A stretch of 64,000 bases of DNA from an uncultured Veillonellaceae bacterium (lineage in GTDB: Bacteria; Bacillota; Negativicutes; JARBTT01), in contig CAWDTA010000004.1 of the NCBI GenBank assembly GCA_963805085.1, positions 1-64,000 on the forward strand. Reading direction: 5' to 3'. Below the pieces are notes generated by a model that did no database searches, was not told the origin of the DNA, and saw only the letters and a list, made by a program, of their open reading frames with translations. The position numbers were made by a program, and so were the translations under genes. This document shows, one piece after another, positions 30,612 to 40,779 of this stretch. Numbering within the stretch: position 1 is the first letter of the stretch; each line of letters starts with the position of its first letter.

Positions 30612-31961
30612 GTGATCATGACCAAGACTGACGAACATATTTTTCAGGACCCTTACGCTAAAATCGGCTATAAGCTTCACCTGCTTTTACATACAGGACA
30701 GCTTCTCATGGAAAGCGGTGCCGATACTAACCGTATTGCTCGCGACATGATGCGGGCAGCTGCCTTTATGGGCATTCCGGAAGAAAAGATCCATATGCAT
30801 ATTATGTATACAACACTGATGCTCAATATCAGTGATGACGACCATTCGTATACAAGTTTTCGCAAATGTCGGCATCACGGCATAAATATGACGGTAATCT
30901 CCGCCATCAGCAAGCTGTCTTGGCGGGCAATGGAAGAAAAATATTCCCTGCAAATGTACGAGGCTGAGCTAGAGCGTATTCAAAATCTCGAACATCACCG
31001 CCATTATTCGTTTTATCTATCCGCTATTGCTGCAGGGCTAGCATGTGGAGGTTTTTGCAAGCTGTTTAGCAGTGACTGGATTGCTTTTTTCTGGACAGCG
31101 CTTTGCGCATCTCTCGCCTTTGCGGTTCGCCACTTTTGCAATAAAATGGAGATTAATCCCTATGCAGGGATATCTATTTCTGCATTTACAGCAACAATGT
31201 TGGCGTATTTTACCCATTTTTTCTCTGGGTCTGCAACGCCCTGGCATCCACTGATTGCCTGCACATTATTTATCGTTCCGGGCATTCCGCTAATCAATGC
31301 CATTGATGATTTGTTAAACAATTATATTGTTTCCGGCAGTACAAGAGCAATTAATACCCTTTTAATCGTCGGCGGTATGACCTTCGGCATCGTTCTGGCG
31401 ATACGGCTTGGCAACGTTCCTGATTTTTTTACTTCTCTAAATATAGCCCCGCACAGTATTTACTTATCCGATGCGATTGCCGCTGCCATCGCCTCTGTCG
31501 GTTTCTCCATTATATTCAATGTACCGCCCCGGCTTCTTGCTGCAACCGCAGTTGGCGGTATAATCTCGATCGGTCTGCGAAATTTTTGCGTCATCGATCT
31601 CGGCATGACACAAGAAATTGGCGCCTTTGTCGGCGCAACAGCCGTCAGCCTGCTCGCACTTAAAGCGGTGCACTGGTTTCATACGCCGGTCCATGTCATT
31701 ACAATTCCATCGGTCATTCCCATGATCCCCGGAGTGCTTCTTTATCGGCTTCTATTTGCAGTTCTTAATATAAAAGCTCTGGATGCGGCTGCGCTTATGG
31801 CAGGGATACAAAACGGGGTAGAAGCTATTTTAATTATTATCAGCATTACAGTAGGTGCAACCATCCCCAAAATTTTTGCCCGCCGCTATATTGAAAAAAA
31901 TAAACAATTACATCTGGAAGAATTGCTGGCTAAGCGTTCAGAATCAGAAACAGCCCATTAA
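30612..31961 (+). CDS. ThrE-family threonine/serine exporter
   Basis: GQLLMESGADTNRI, VPGIPLINAIDDL and PMIPG motifs. Confidence 0.9.
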   Translation: MIMTKTDEHIFQDPYAKIGYKLHLLLHTGQLLMESGADTNRIARDMMRAAAFMGIPEEKIHMHIMYTTLMLNISDDDHSYTSFRKCRHHGINMTVISAISKLSWRAMEEKYSLQMYEAELERIQNLEHHRHYSFYLSAIAAGLACGGFCKLFSSDWIAFFWTALCASLAFAVRHFCNKMEINPYAGISISAFTATMLAYFTHFFSGSATPWHPLIACTLFIVPGIPLINAIDDLLNNYIVSGSTRAINTLLIVGGMTFGIVLAIRLGNVPDFFTSLNIAPHSIYLSDAIAAAIASVGFSIIFNVPPRLLAATAVGGIISIGLRNFCVIDLGMTQEIGAFVGATAVSLLALKAVHWFHTPVHVITIPSVIPMIPGVLLYRLLFAVLNIKALDAAALMAGIQNGVEAILIIISITVGATIPKIFARRYIEKNKQLHLEELLAKRSESETAH

Positions 31962-32157
31962 ATACAAAACAACTACATAGCCACATACAAAAAACAGCGT
32001 CTTCTCAAAATAAAAGAAGGCGCTGTTTCAATCAATATCCACAACCAAAAAAAATTGTACAAAACAGTATAATCCGTTAAAATATAGTTTAGGTTCTATT
32101 GATTACAGCAGAAAAACAGACTATGTGCTTCTGCAAATCCATGAGAGGGTGATTTTT

Positions 32158-33003
32158 ATGATCCAGGATATCGGGCCAAAAATATTCAATAATAATTTTA
32201 AGCATCAAAAAGCCAAAGTATCTGATGTTTTCCTTTCATATCAGGGAGATACAGTTCTAATAAAAGAAGATAAAGACAAGCTGTGGTACCCGTCTTTTGC
32301 CGATTTTCAAGAAAAGTATCCTTCGCTTATAGAGAAAGCACAGTTTCTTTTCACCATCAATGAAATTAATTACTATCTGGCAGATGAACAGGGTCTTGAT
32401 TCCGTGGAAGGCTGGATCTATGTAAATGTCCGCCGCTTCCGTTCAGAACCAAAATATTGGCGTTCCTTTGCCGGTGCTGTCGGCTGGCAACTAAACCGCT
32501 GGTATGCAGATCATAAATTTTGCAGCAAATGCAAGAATCCTTTGAAAAAATCCGATAAAGAGCGCATGCTCTATTGTGACAGCTGCAATCTTCAGATCTA
32601 CCCTAAAATTTCACCAGCAGTCATTGTCGGTGTCTATGATAAAAGCCGTCTCCTTTTAACAAAATATGCTGGAAGAGAACACGTTCGTCATGCACTGATT
32701 GCCGGTTTTGCGGAAATCGGAGAAAGCCTCGAACAAACAGTTCATCGTGAAGTACTGGAAGAAGCCGGGCTGAAAGTAAAAAAACTGAAATTTTACAAAA
32801 GCCAACCGTGGCCGTTTACAGATACTCTCCTTGCCGGATTTTATGCCGAGCTCGACGGCGATGATGCTATCACACTGGAAACCGATGAGCTTGCACTGGG
32901 CATCTGGGTAGAGCGGGAAAACATTCCAATAGAAGACGAACTGCAAATGAGTCTGACCAGCGAAATGATATCCGCCTTCAAAAAAAATGAATTTAATTTA
33001 TAG
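32158..33003 (+). CDS. nudC: NAD(+) diphosphatase, copy 2
   Basis: Same length as copy 1 and differs at only a small number of residues. Confidence 0.92.
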   Translation: MIQDIGPKIFNNNFKHQKAKVSDVFLSYQGDTVLIKEDKDKLWYPSFADFQEKYPSLIEKAQFLFTINEINYYLADEQGLDSVEGWIYVNVRRFRSEPKYWRSFAGAVGWQLNRWYADHKFCSKCKNPLKKSDKERMLYCDSCNLQIYPKISPAVIVGVYDKSRLLLTKYAGREHVRHALIAGFAEIGESLEQTVHREVLEEAGLKVKKLKFYKSQPWPFTDTLLAGFYAELDGDDAITLETDELALGIWVERENIPIEDELQMSLTSEMISAFKKNEFNL

Positions 33004-33015
33004 GGTTCTTAATAC

Positions 33016-33297
33016 AAAAGCGACGACTCCTTTCGGAATCGTCGCTTTTATTATTATTTGACTTCTACAACTTTTTCATTATAAGCATCAATCACTGCTT
33101 GATGTTTATCCATGATTTTCTCAGCAGTTTTTAAGTTTTGTTCTACTTGTTTGTAGGATGTCCCACCAAATGAATTGCGGTTTTCTACGCAGGTTTCGGC
33201 TTTGATTACTTCTAGGATATCGGCTTCAAATAATGGTGAGAATTGTTTAAATTCCTCTAGGGATAAATCCATCATCCATTTATTGTTTTCAATGCAA
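33016..33297 (-). pseudogene. argH: Second diverged copy of the argH 3' end plus terminator
   Basis: Matches 34770-35051 with scattered substitutions. Confidence 0.92.
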
Positions 33298-33299
33298 CA

Positions 33300-33454
33300 G
33301 GTACAAGGGGACAGGTTATTTGTCCCACACTCATTTTTTGATCATCAGAAGTTTTGAATATTCCCTATTCTCTTTATAACATTGAAATAACTCTAACTTA
33401 TAACCTAAATAAATTCCGTTTTACAGGGGATAGGAAACCTGTCCCCTTATTCCC
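33300..33454. repeat. Inverted pair of REP-like sites
   Basis: GGTACAAGGGGACAGGTTATTTGTCCCAC (33300-33328, reverse) and GGGATAGGAAACCTGTCCCCTTATTCCC (33427-33454). Confidence 0.7.
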
Positions 33455-33666
33455 AACTATCTAACTAGGATTTTTACTAATCTTTTTATTTCTAAATTAC
33501 GGATAAGCAATACCTATTTAACATTATAAACTTATTTCTCAAAAATACACAAAACTCCTACCAAACCAACAAAGCACAGCAAAAACAAACAAATTTATCC
33601 AATATTTAAGAAGGAAATATTATAGAAAGGCAGAATATGGTATATATTGTGATTGGAGGTAATTAA

Positions 33667-34332
33667 ATGAATATAGTTGAAATGAATTTTGAACTGGTCA
33701 AAGAACTCGAAAACTCTTTAAAAACCGCTATCCGCTATAATAATGGAGATATGATGTATAAGATAGTTACACGTTACCTTGATAAGTATAAAGATCATTA
33801 TAGTTATGATACTATAATACACTACATATATTGGTGTACAAAATTTAAAATAACTACTTTAAATCGCATTTTGGGTTATACTGGAGATAATCGTACATAC
33901 TTAATAGATCAAGGGCTGATTGAAAAACAAATTTATAAAAGCAAATGTAATATATGTGGAAAAAATCAAAAAATTGAGGTTAGTAGCAGAAGAGAATTAG
34001 GGGACTTAAAAAGGAATCCTAAAACTTATATATGTAACGAGTGTGAATTAGACATAGATGCATGCAGTAATTTTTACTATGAATATTCAAAAAACAAAAA
34101 TTTGAAAAGAAAAGAAATTAACGAAAACTTTTACAATGATTATCTGAGAAGTGAGCATTGGAAAAAAGTTCGGTCTGAGGCATTAACTGCCTCAGACAAT
34201 AAATGTCTATTATGTTCATCCAAGCAAGATCTTAATGTGCATCATAAAACTCATGCTACTATAAGAAAAGAATCTTTAAATGATTTAATAGTACTTTGTG
34301 ATACATGCCATCGTAAACATCATTTTGGGTGA
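33667..34332 (+). CDS. HNH endonuclease domain protein
   Basis: YLRSEHWKKVR..CLLC..LNVHH..LIVLCDTCHRKHH. Confidence 0.85.
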   Translation: MNIVEMNFELVKELENSLKTAIRYNNGDMMYKIVTRYLDKYKDHYSYDTIIHYIYWCTKFKITTLNRILGYTGDNRTYLIDQGLIEKQIYKSKCNICGKNQKIEVSSRRELGDLKRNPKTYICNECELDIDACSNFYYEYSKNKNLKRKEINENFYNDYLRSEHWKKVRSEALTASDNKCLLCSSKQDLNVHHKTHATIRKESLNDLIVLCDTCHRKHHFG

Positions 34333-34507
34333 AAACATCCAAATTGGGTAGCCCAGACAATTTTGTGTAAATTGAGTTTCCTTTTTAATCAAATAGTGCC
34401 ACATTACTATTTATCCTTGCAATATTTTGACATTATTTGTTATAATGCAAATAGGTGCTACGATAACGGCAGGCGGTTCACCTTCCCCACTGAAATGGGG
34501 TGAGCAT

Positions 34508-34579
34508 ATGGGAACTATGGAGCTTTATGTATTACTAATACTAGCTACAGGTTACATTATCGCAATAAAAAAAAGATAA
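34508..34579 (+). CDS. Type I toxin peptide, copy 4
   Basis: MGTMELYVLLILATGYIIAIKKR; promoter TTGCAA-18-TATAAT at 34417-34446. Confidence 0.8.
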   Translation: MGTMELYVLLILATGYIIAIKKR

Positions 34580-34671
34580 CCGCCCCATCCAGCAAGATTA
34601 GCGGTTAAACTCTTTTGATTTAATCTCTATATTTTTGTCAGGTGAACCGTCTATCGGTAGCACCTTTTATA
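34567..34671 (-). ncRNA. Antisense antitoxin RNA, copy 4
   Basis: Minus-strand TTGACA-17-TATGAT (34706-34678) and the terminator hairpin. Confidence 0.75.
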
Positions 34672-34807
34672 TTGTTTATCATAAACCAAATGTTATACAT
34701 TGTCAACAGCTGGGAGCAACACTTTCAGGCTATTTCTTAGAATACAAAGAGTAGAAAAAATCTTATAACAAAAGCGACGACTCCTTTCGGAATCGTCGCT
34801 CTTTTTA

Positions 34808-36232
34808 TTATTTCACTTCTACAACTTTTTCATTATAAGCATCAATCACAGCTTGATGTTTACCCATGATTTCCTCAGCAGTTTTTAAGTTTTGTTCTAC
34901 TTGTTTGTAGGAAGTACCACCAAAGGAATTGCGATTTTCAACGCAGGTTTCTGCTTTGATTGCTTCTAAGATATCGGCTTCAAATAATGGCGAGAATTGT
35001 TTAAATTCTTCTAAGGATAAATCCAGCAGCCATTTATTGTTTTCAATGCAATAGTGAACGCTTTTACCTGATACTTCATGGGCTTGTCTAAATGGCAAGC
35101 CTTTTTTCACGAGGTAATCTGCTAAATCTGTTGCATTGGAGAAATCTTCTCTGACTGCCGATAACATGACATCTTTGTTTACACGCATTGCTTTGATCAT
35201 TTGCGCATAGACACTTAGGCTGAATTTTACCGTATCAATGGTATCAAACAAGCCTTCTTTATCTTCTTGTAAATCCTTATTATAGGCAAGTGGTAAACCT
35301 TTTGCTGTCGTAAGCATCGCCATAAGATGACCGATTACCCGGCCAGTTTTACCTCTAACAAGCTCAGACACATCAGGATTTTTCTTTTGTGGCATCATAC
35401 TTGAACCAGTGCAATGTGCATCGTCAAGTTCAACAAAAGAAAATTCTTTTGAACACCATAAAATAATTTCTTCACTGATACGGCTAAGGTGCATCATTAA
35501 GATAGATGCAAAGGATAAAAATTCTAAGATATAGTCGCGATCACTTACAGCGTCTAAGCTATTGTTATATACCGCACCAAAGTTTAACTGCTCCGCTACA
35601 AAATGTCTATCGATAGGAAATGTCGTACCAGCAAGTGCGCCAGCTCCTAACGGCATGATATCAGCGCGTTCATAAACCCCTTGCAAACGAGAAAAATCTC
35701 GGTTTAGCATGGAGAAGTAGGCAAGTAAATGATGCGAGAATAAAATAGGTTGGGCACGTTGTAAGTGCGTGTAGCCTGGCATGATCACATCAGAATTCTT
35801 TTCTGCAGTCTCTACCAAGGCTTTTTCCATATCTAGAAGAATCTTTGCGATATTGGCCACTTCTTTACGTACATACATGTGGGTATCAAGGGCAACTTGG
35901 TCGTTACGGCTACGCGCGGTATGAAGTCTACCGCCTGCTTCGCCGATGCGATCTGTTAAGCGTTTTTCAATATTCATATGGATATCTTCGAGGGCAACTT
36001 CAAAAGAGAAGTTGCCTGCCTCAATATCGGCTAATATGCCTTTTAATCCATCAACGATTGCGTCTTTATCTTGCTCGGAGATAATACCGCACTTTGCAAG
36101 CATGGTTGCATGGGCGATAGAACCCGTGATATCTTCATGATACATACGTTTATCAAACGAGATGGACGCTTGGAATTCGTTGATCATTTCATCGGTTGTT
36201 TTTGAAAATCTTCCCCCCCAGAGTTTGCCCAT
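34808..36232 (-). CDS. argH: Argininosuccinate lyase
   Basis: KLWGGRF and [12 protein letters not shown]. Confidence 0.98.
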   Translation of the reverse strand: MGKLWGGRFSKTTDEMINEFQASISFDKRMYHEDITGSIAHATMLAKCGIISEQDKDAIVDGLKGILADIEAGNFSFEVALEDIHMNIEKRLTDRIGEAGGRLHTARSRNDQVALDTHMYVRKEVANIAKILLDMEKALVETAEKNSDVIMPGYTHLQRAQPILFSHHLLAYFSMLNRDFSRLQGVYERADIMPLGAGALAGTTFPIDRHFVAEQLNFGAVYNNSLDAVSDRDYILEFLSFASILMMHLSRISEEIILWCSKEFSFVELDDAHCTGSSMMPQKKNPDVSELVRGKTGRVIGHLMAMLTTAKGLPLAYNKDLQEDKEGLFDTIDTVKFSLSVYAQMIKAMRVNKDVMLSAVREDFSNATDLADYLVKKGLPFRQAHEVSGKSVHYCIENNKWLLDLSLEEFKQFSPLFEADILEAIKAETCVENRNSFGGTSYKQVEQNLKTAEEIMGKHQAVIDAYNEKVVEVK

Positions 36233-37452
36233 TATTTACCTACTTTTTGCTGCATTAAGGCTCTAACTTTAAGTGGTAAACCAAATAAGTTAATGAAGCC
36301 TTCTGCATCGGCTTGATTATAAACTTCATCGCGTTCGAAAGTAACAAATTCTTCACTATATAAGGAATATGGTGATTTTGCCCCAGCGGACATGATGTTA
36401 CCTTTGTAAAGTTTTACGCGAACTGTACCAGTTACAGTTTCTTGTGTTTGTTTTACAAAAGCATCTAAAGCTTCACGAAGCTGTGAGAACCACATACCAT
36501 CATATACGAGCTCCCCATAACGAATTGCCACGCCTTCTTTATAATGAAGCATCGCACGGTCTAAGCATAAATATTCTAATTCACGGTGTGCATAATAAAG
36601 GATTGCTCCGCCTGGATTTTCGTATACGCCACGAGATTTCATCCCAACAAGACGGTTTTCAACGATATCAGTAATACCAACACCATTGGCTGCACCAAGT
36701 TCATTTAATTTTGTAAGTAATGCAACAGCATCCATTTTTACACCATCAACAGCAACTGGGATACCTTTTTCAAAGTCCACTGTAACATAAGTTGCTTTAT
36801 CTGGAGCTTGTTCAGGCGCTTTTGATACTAAGTACATTTCATCTTTTGGTGCATTCCAAGGATTTTCAAGATCGGAACCTTCATGGCTTAAATGCCAGAT
36901 ATTACGGTCCATGCTGTAGGTTTTATTGCTAGTTGCTACTGGAATATTGTGTTTTTTTGCATAGGCAATTGCATCTTCACGAGAACGAATATCCCATAAA
37001 CGCCAAGGCGCAACAATTTTCAACTGAGGAGCCAATGCTTTTACTGTTAATTCGAAACGAACTTGGTCATTTCCTTTACCAGTTGCACCATGTGCAATTG
37101 CATCTGCGCCTTCTTTTTCAGCGATTTCTACTAATTTTTTTGCAATGAGTGGACGAGCAAATGAAGTACCTAATAGATATTTGCCTTCATATACTGCACC
37201 AGCTTGCAATGTTGGCCATACATACTCTTCTAAGAAAGGTTTTGTTAAATTCTCGATATATACTTTGCTAGCACCAGAAGCAAGCGCTTTGTCATGCACT
37301 ACGTTAAGTTCATCACCTTGCCCGATATCAGCACACATTGCTATAACTTCACAACCATTATAGTTTTCTTTTAACCAAGGAATGATAACTGATGTATCAA
37401 GTCCTCCGGAATATGCCAATACTACTTTTTTAATATCGCCCATTTTTTCCAC
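36232..37452 (-). CDS. argG: Argininosuccinate synthase
   Basis: [10 protein letters not shown] and [14 protein letters not shown]. Confidence 0.98.
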   Translation of the reverse strand: MEKMGDIKKVVLAYSGGLDTSVIIPWLKENYNGCEVIAMCADIGQGDELNVVHDKALASGASKVYIENLTKPFLEEYVWPTLQAGAVYEGKYLLGTSFARPLIAKKLVEIAEKEGADAIAHGATGKGNDQVRFELTVKALAPQLKIVAPWRLWDIRSREDAIAYAKKHNIPVATSNKTYSMDRNIWHLSHEGSDLENPWNAPKDEMYLVSKAPEQAPDKATYVTVDFEKGIPVAVDGVKMDAVALLTKLNELGAANGVGITDIVENRLVGMKSRGVYENPGGAILYYAHRELEYLCLDRAMLHYKEGVAIRYGELVYDGMWFSQLREALDAFVKQTQETVTGTVRVKLYKGNIMSAGAKSPYSLYSEEFVTFERDEVYNQADAEGFINLFGLPLKVRALMQQKVGK

Positions 37453-37483
37453 TCCTCTTAATATCTGTTAAAAATTTATCCGA

Positions 37484-37606
37484 TAACTAACTCGCTCTAA
37501 TACTCCCTCTTTTGCAAGCGGTGAGTAAATAGCGACTAAGTCCCTGGATAATTGCGACTAAAATTCAGGCGGCGTTAAAACGCTCTCTGAACTAAGTCTC
37601 CATTTA
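37484..37606. mobile_element. Short MITE-like intergenic element
   Basis: TACTCCC..GAGTA and TTCAGGCGGCGTTAAAACGCTCTCTGAA hairpins around GTCCCTGGATAA, recalled as a dispersed clostridial repeat. Confidence 0.5.
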
Positions 37607-37619
37607 TGTCAAGTCGGCA

Positions 37620-38549
37620 TTAATCGCACATGGTAAGTGCCATAATTGCTTTTTGAACATGCAAACGATTTTCTGCTTCATCAAAAATAACATCTTGATA
37701 TTTTTCAAGCACTTCTTCGGAAATTTCTTCGCCACGATGTGCTGGTAAACAATGAAGTACGATAGCAGATTTTGCTGCGACTTCCATCAACTTGCTATTG
37801 ATTTGATAGTCTTTGAAGATCTTACAACGTTCTTCATGCTCTTCTTCTTGCCCCATGCTAGCCCATACATCGGTATAAAGGACGTCGGCATCTTGGGCTG
37901 CTTCATAAATATCATTGACTACTGTAATCGAACCACCGGCTCTTTTGGCATCTTCTATTGCTTTCGCTAACACGTCAGCATTGGGTTTACACCCTTTTGG
38001 CGTTGCTACAACAAAATGCATACCAACCTTCGCACAACCATACATTAAAGAATGTACCATGTTGTTACAATCACCAATATAAGCAAGTTTTAACCCTTTT
38101 AATTGTTCGCTTTTATGCTCTTGTATCGTAAGTAAATCAGTTAATACCTGACAAGGGTGCAGTAAATCCGTTAAGCCATTGATGACTGGAATATCTGCAT
38201 ACTTCGCAAATTCTTCTACATCTGAATGAGCAAAGGTACGAATCATTACCCCATCAAGATATCTTGACATTACTCTAGCTGTATCTTTAATTGGCTCACC
38301 ACGACCGATTTGCAAGTCATGACCAGATAAAAATAAGGCACTGCCGCCTAATTGATACATACCAACTTCAAAGGACAAGCGCGTACGGGTTGATGATTTT
38401 TGAAAAATCATGCCTAACGTTTTTCCTTTTAATAGATGATGTTCAATACCCGCTTTTTGTTTTGCTTTTAAGTCTTTTGCTACATCTAAAATTTTATACA
38501 CTTCTTCAGTTGTCAGATCGTGTATAGATAGCAAATCTCTACCTTTCAT
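37620..38549 (-). CDS. argF: Ornithine carbamoyltransferase
   Basis: STRTR, HPCQ and HCLPAHRG. Confidence 0.97.
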   Translation of the reverse strand: MKGRDLLSIHDLTTEEVYKILDVAKDLKAKQKAGIEHHLLKGKTLGMIFQKSSTRTRLSFEVGMYQLGGSALFLSGHDLQIGRGEPIKDTARVMSRYLDGVMIRTFAHSDVEEFAKYADIPVINGLTDLLHPCQVLTDLLTIQEHKSEQLKGLKLAYIGDCNNMVHSLMYGCAKVGMHFVVATPKGCKPNADVLAKAIEDAKRAGGSITVVNDIYEAAQDADVLYTDVWASMGQEEEHEERCKIFKDYQINSKLMEVAAKSAIVLHCLPAHRGEEISEEVLEKYQDVIFDEAENRLHVQKAIMALTMCD

Positions 38550-38604
38550 CCTAAAACCCCCATACGAAACCATTATACCATGATAAATCAGTTCAAAGTT
38601 ACAA

Positions 38605-39798
38605 TTACTGATTTTTTTCTAATGTTTTATCTAAAATTGTAATCAATTCATCGACATTGTCTTTATTAATAATGAGCGGTGGTACAAAACGAAGTACAGT
38701 TTCAGCCGTACAATTGATAATTGCTCCAGCTTCTAGGCATTCGTTCACAATTTGACGACCTGGTTTAGTAAGCTGCATCCCGATGATCAAGCCCATGCCA
38801 CGCACCTCTGTAATAAGTGCAGGATATTTTTCCTGTAAAGCTTTAAGTTTTGTTGTTAAATATGCACCAATTGCTTTCGTATTGGAAAGCAGATGTTCAC
38901 TTTCAATCGTATCTAGCGTTACATTTGCCGCTGCACAAGCCAGTGGATTACCGCCAAATGTAGATCCATGATCACCAGCGTGGAAAACAGCTGCCACTTT
39001 ATTGCTTGCAATAAATGCGCCGATTGCTACCCCGCCTGCTAAGCCTTTGGCAAGGGTCACGATATCTGGCTTAATCCCAAATTGTTCATAAGCAAACATC
39101 GTACCAGTTCTGCCAATACCAGTTTGGATTTCGTCTAAGATTAAAAGCGCACCGTATTGATTACAAAGTGCACGAACTTTTTTGAGGTAATCTTGTTCTG
39201 GAATATTTACGCCGCCTTCACCTTGAATCGGTTCTAGCATAACTGCACAAGTTTTTTCGCTCATCATCGCGGTGAGAGCATCGATATCGTTGTAGTCTAC
39301 ATATTTAAAATCAGCTGGCAATGGATCAAAACCTTTTTGGTATTTCGGTTGTGCCGTTGCTGTTAGTGTAGCAAGGGTACGACCATGAAAACCATGCCAC
39401 GCTGTGATTATTTCCGATTTATCTGGGCTGATATTATGCGCATATTTACGCGCTAATTTGATTGCTCCTTCATTTGCTTCTGCACCAGAATTGCCTAAAA
39501 AAGCTTTTCCTAGACCACTAAGCTTTACAAGCTTTTCAGCTAATGTCGCTTGCGCTTCTGTGTAATAAAGATTGGAACAATGAATTACTTTACCGGCTTG
39601 CTCAGCAATTGCTTTAACAAGTGCAGGATGCGCATGCCCCAATACATTTACCGCAATACCGCCTAGATAATCAATATATTTTTTGCCGTCTGTATCGTAT
39701 ACATATGGCCCTTCACCATGGGAAATTACCATTTGATATCTGGCAAAGACCGGCATATAGTAGTCTTTATCTTTTTGATAAATTTCTTCATTTGTCAT
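38605..39798 (-). CDS. argD: Acetylornithine aminotransferase
   Basis: DEIQTGIGRTG..AKGLAGG and operon context. Confidence 0.96.
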   Translation of the reverse strand: MTNEEIYQKDKDYYMPVFARYQMVISHGEGPYVYDTDGKKYIDYLGGIAVNVLGHAHPALVKAIAEQAGKVIHCSNLYYTEAQATLAEKLVKLSGLGKAFLGNSGAEANEGAIKLARKYAHNISPDKSEIITAWHGFHGRTLATLTATAQPKYQKGFDPLPADFKYVDYNDIDALTAMMSEKTCAVMLEPIQGEGGVNIPEQDYLKKVRALCNQYGALLILDEIQTGIGRTGTMFAYEQFGIKPDIVTLAKGLAGGVAIGAFIASNKVAAVFHAGDHGSTFGGNPLACAAANVTLDTIESEHLLSNTKAIGAYLTTKLKALQEKYPALITEVRGMGLIIGMQLTKPGRQIVNECLEAGAIINCTAETVLRFVPPLIINKDNVDELITILDKTLEKNQ

Positions 39799-39812
39799 TT
39801 TAAGTGACCTCC

Positions 39813-40715
39813 TTATTTTACAACTTGCGTACCAATTCCTTGTGGTGTAAACACTTCTAAAATTAAGGAATGTGGTTGACGTCCATCAATGATATGGGTT
39901 TTCCCTGTCCCAGCCTCTAGTGAACTTAAGCAAGCTTCCACTTTTGGAATCATCCCACCAGCGATAGTGCCAGCTTCAATCATTTTACGAGCATCGACTT
40001 GTTTTAACGACGAAATAAACGTGCTCTTATCGTTATAATCGCCGTAGATACCTTCGATATCCGTAAGGAGTAACAATTTTTCCGCTTTTAACGCCCCAGC
40101 AACTTCTGCTGCAACGTAGTCAGCATTGATATTGAAACTTTCATTATTTTGACCAACACCGATTGGCGCGATGACTGGAATATAATCTTTATCTAATAAA
40201 TCATTTAAAATATTGGTATTAATCTTCGTAACCTCACCCACAAAACCAATATCAACCGTGCGGGTTGTACCATTTTCATGAACAACAGCATATTTTTTCT
40301 TGGCTTTGATTAATTCTGCATCTTTACCACTTAAACCGACAGCTTTCACACCAGCATGGTTGAGCAGACTCACGATTTCTGTATTGATCTTACCAACGAG
40401 CACCATCTCAGCCAGTTCCGCTGTTTCTTTATCAGTAACTCGCAGACCACTAACAAATTCACTCTGTTTGCCAATCTTTTTCAAGAAATTAGTAATATCA
40501 GGGCCGCCACCATGGACTACAACTGGTCGCATCCCAACGTATTTCATCAGCACGATATCTTGAATTACTTGCTCTTTTAATTCGTGACTAACCATAGCAT
40601 TACCGCCGTATTTTATTACAATCGTTTTGCCATAAAATTCTTGTATATAAGGCAGTGCTTCTACCAATATGCTCGCTTTATCAGCCGGCGTAAAACTCAT
40701 CGACATAACCTCCAA
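39813..40715 (-). CDS. argB: Acetylglutamate kinase
   Basis: IKYGGNAM, VHGGGP and GGMIPK. Confidence 0.97.
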   Translation of the reverse strand: MEVMSMSFTPADKASILVEALPYIQEFYGKTIVIKYGGNAMVSHELKEQVIQDIVLMKYVGMRPVVVHGGGPDITNFLKKIGKQSEFVSGLRVTDKETAELAEMVLVGKINTEIVSLLNHAGVKAVGLSGKDAELIKAKKKYAVVHENGTTRTVDIGFVGEVTKINTNILNDLLDKDYIPVIAPIGVGQNNESFNINADYVAAEVAGALKAEKLLLLTDIEGIYGDYNDKSTFISSLKQVDARKMIEAGTIAGGMIPKVEACLSSLEAGTGKTHIIDGRQPHSLILEVFTPQGIGTQVVK

Positions 40716-40779
40716 AATATCAAGTAAGACTGCTACAAAATGCTTTGTAACAGTCCTATTGTCTTCTATAAACTAGTCA

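Noticed and set aside
33054-33275. 73-aa ORF as an independent gene
   Set aside because: It is the duplicated argH C-terminus with no evident RBS or promoter.
498-33454. Classical integron with attC sites
   Set aside because: No intI gene, and the sites lack the RYYYAAC..GTTRRRY boxes.
13175-34706. Dispersed repeats read as a CRISPR array
   Set aside because: The repeats are kilobases apart, there are no regular spacers and no cas genes.
27103-35051. argH copies as template and variable regions of a diversity-generating retroelement
   Set aside because: No intact RT or accessory gene is present, and the differences do not appear confined to adenines.
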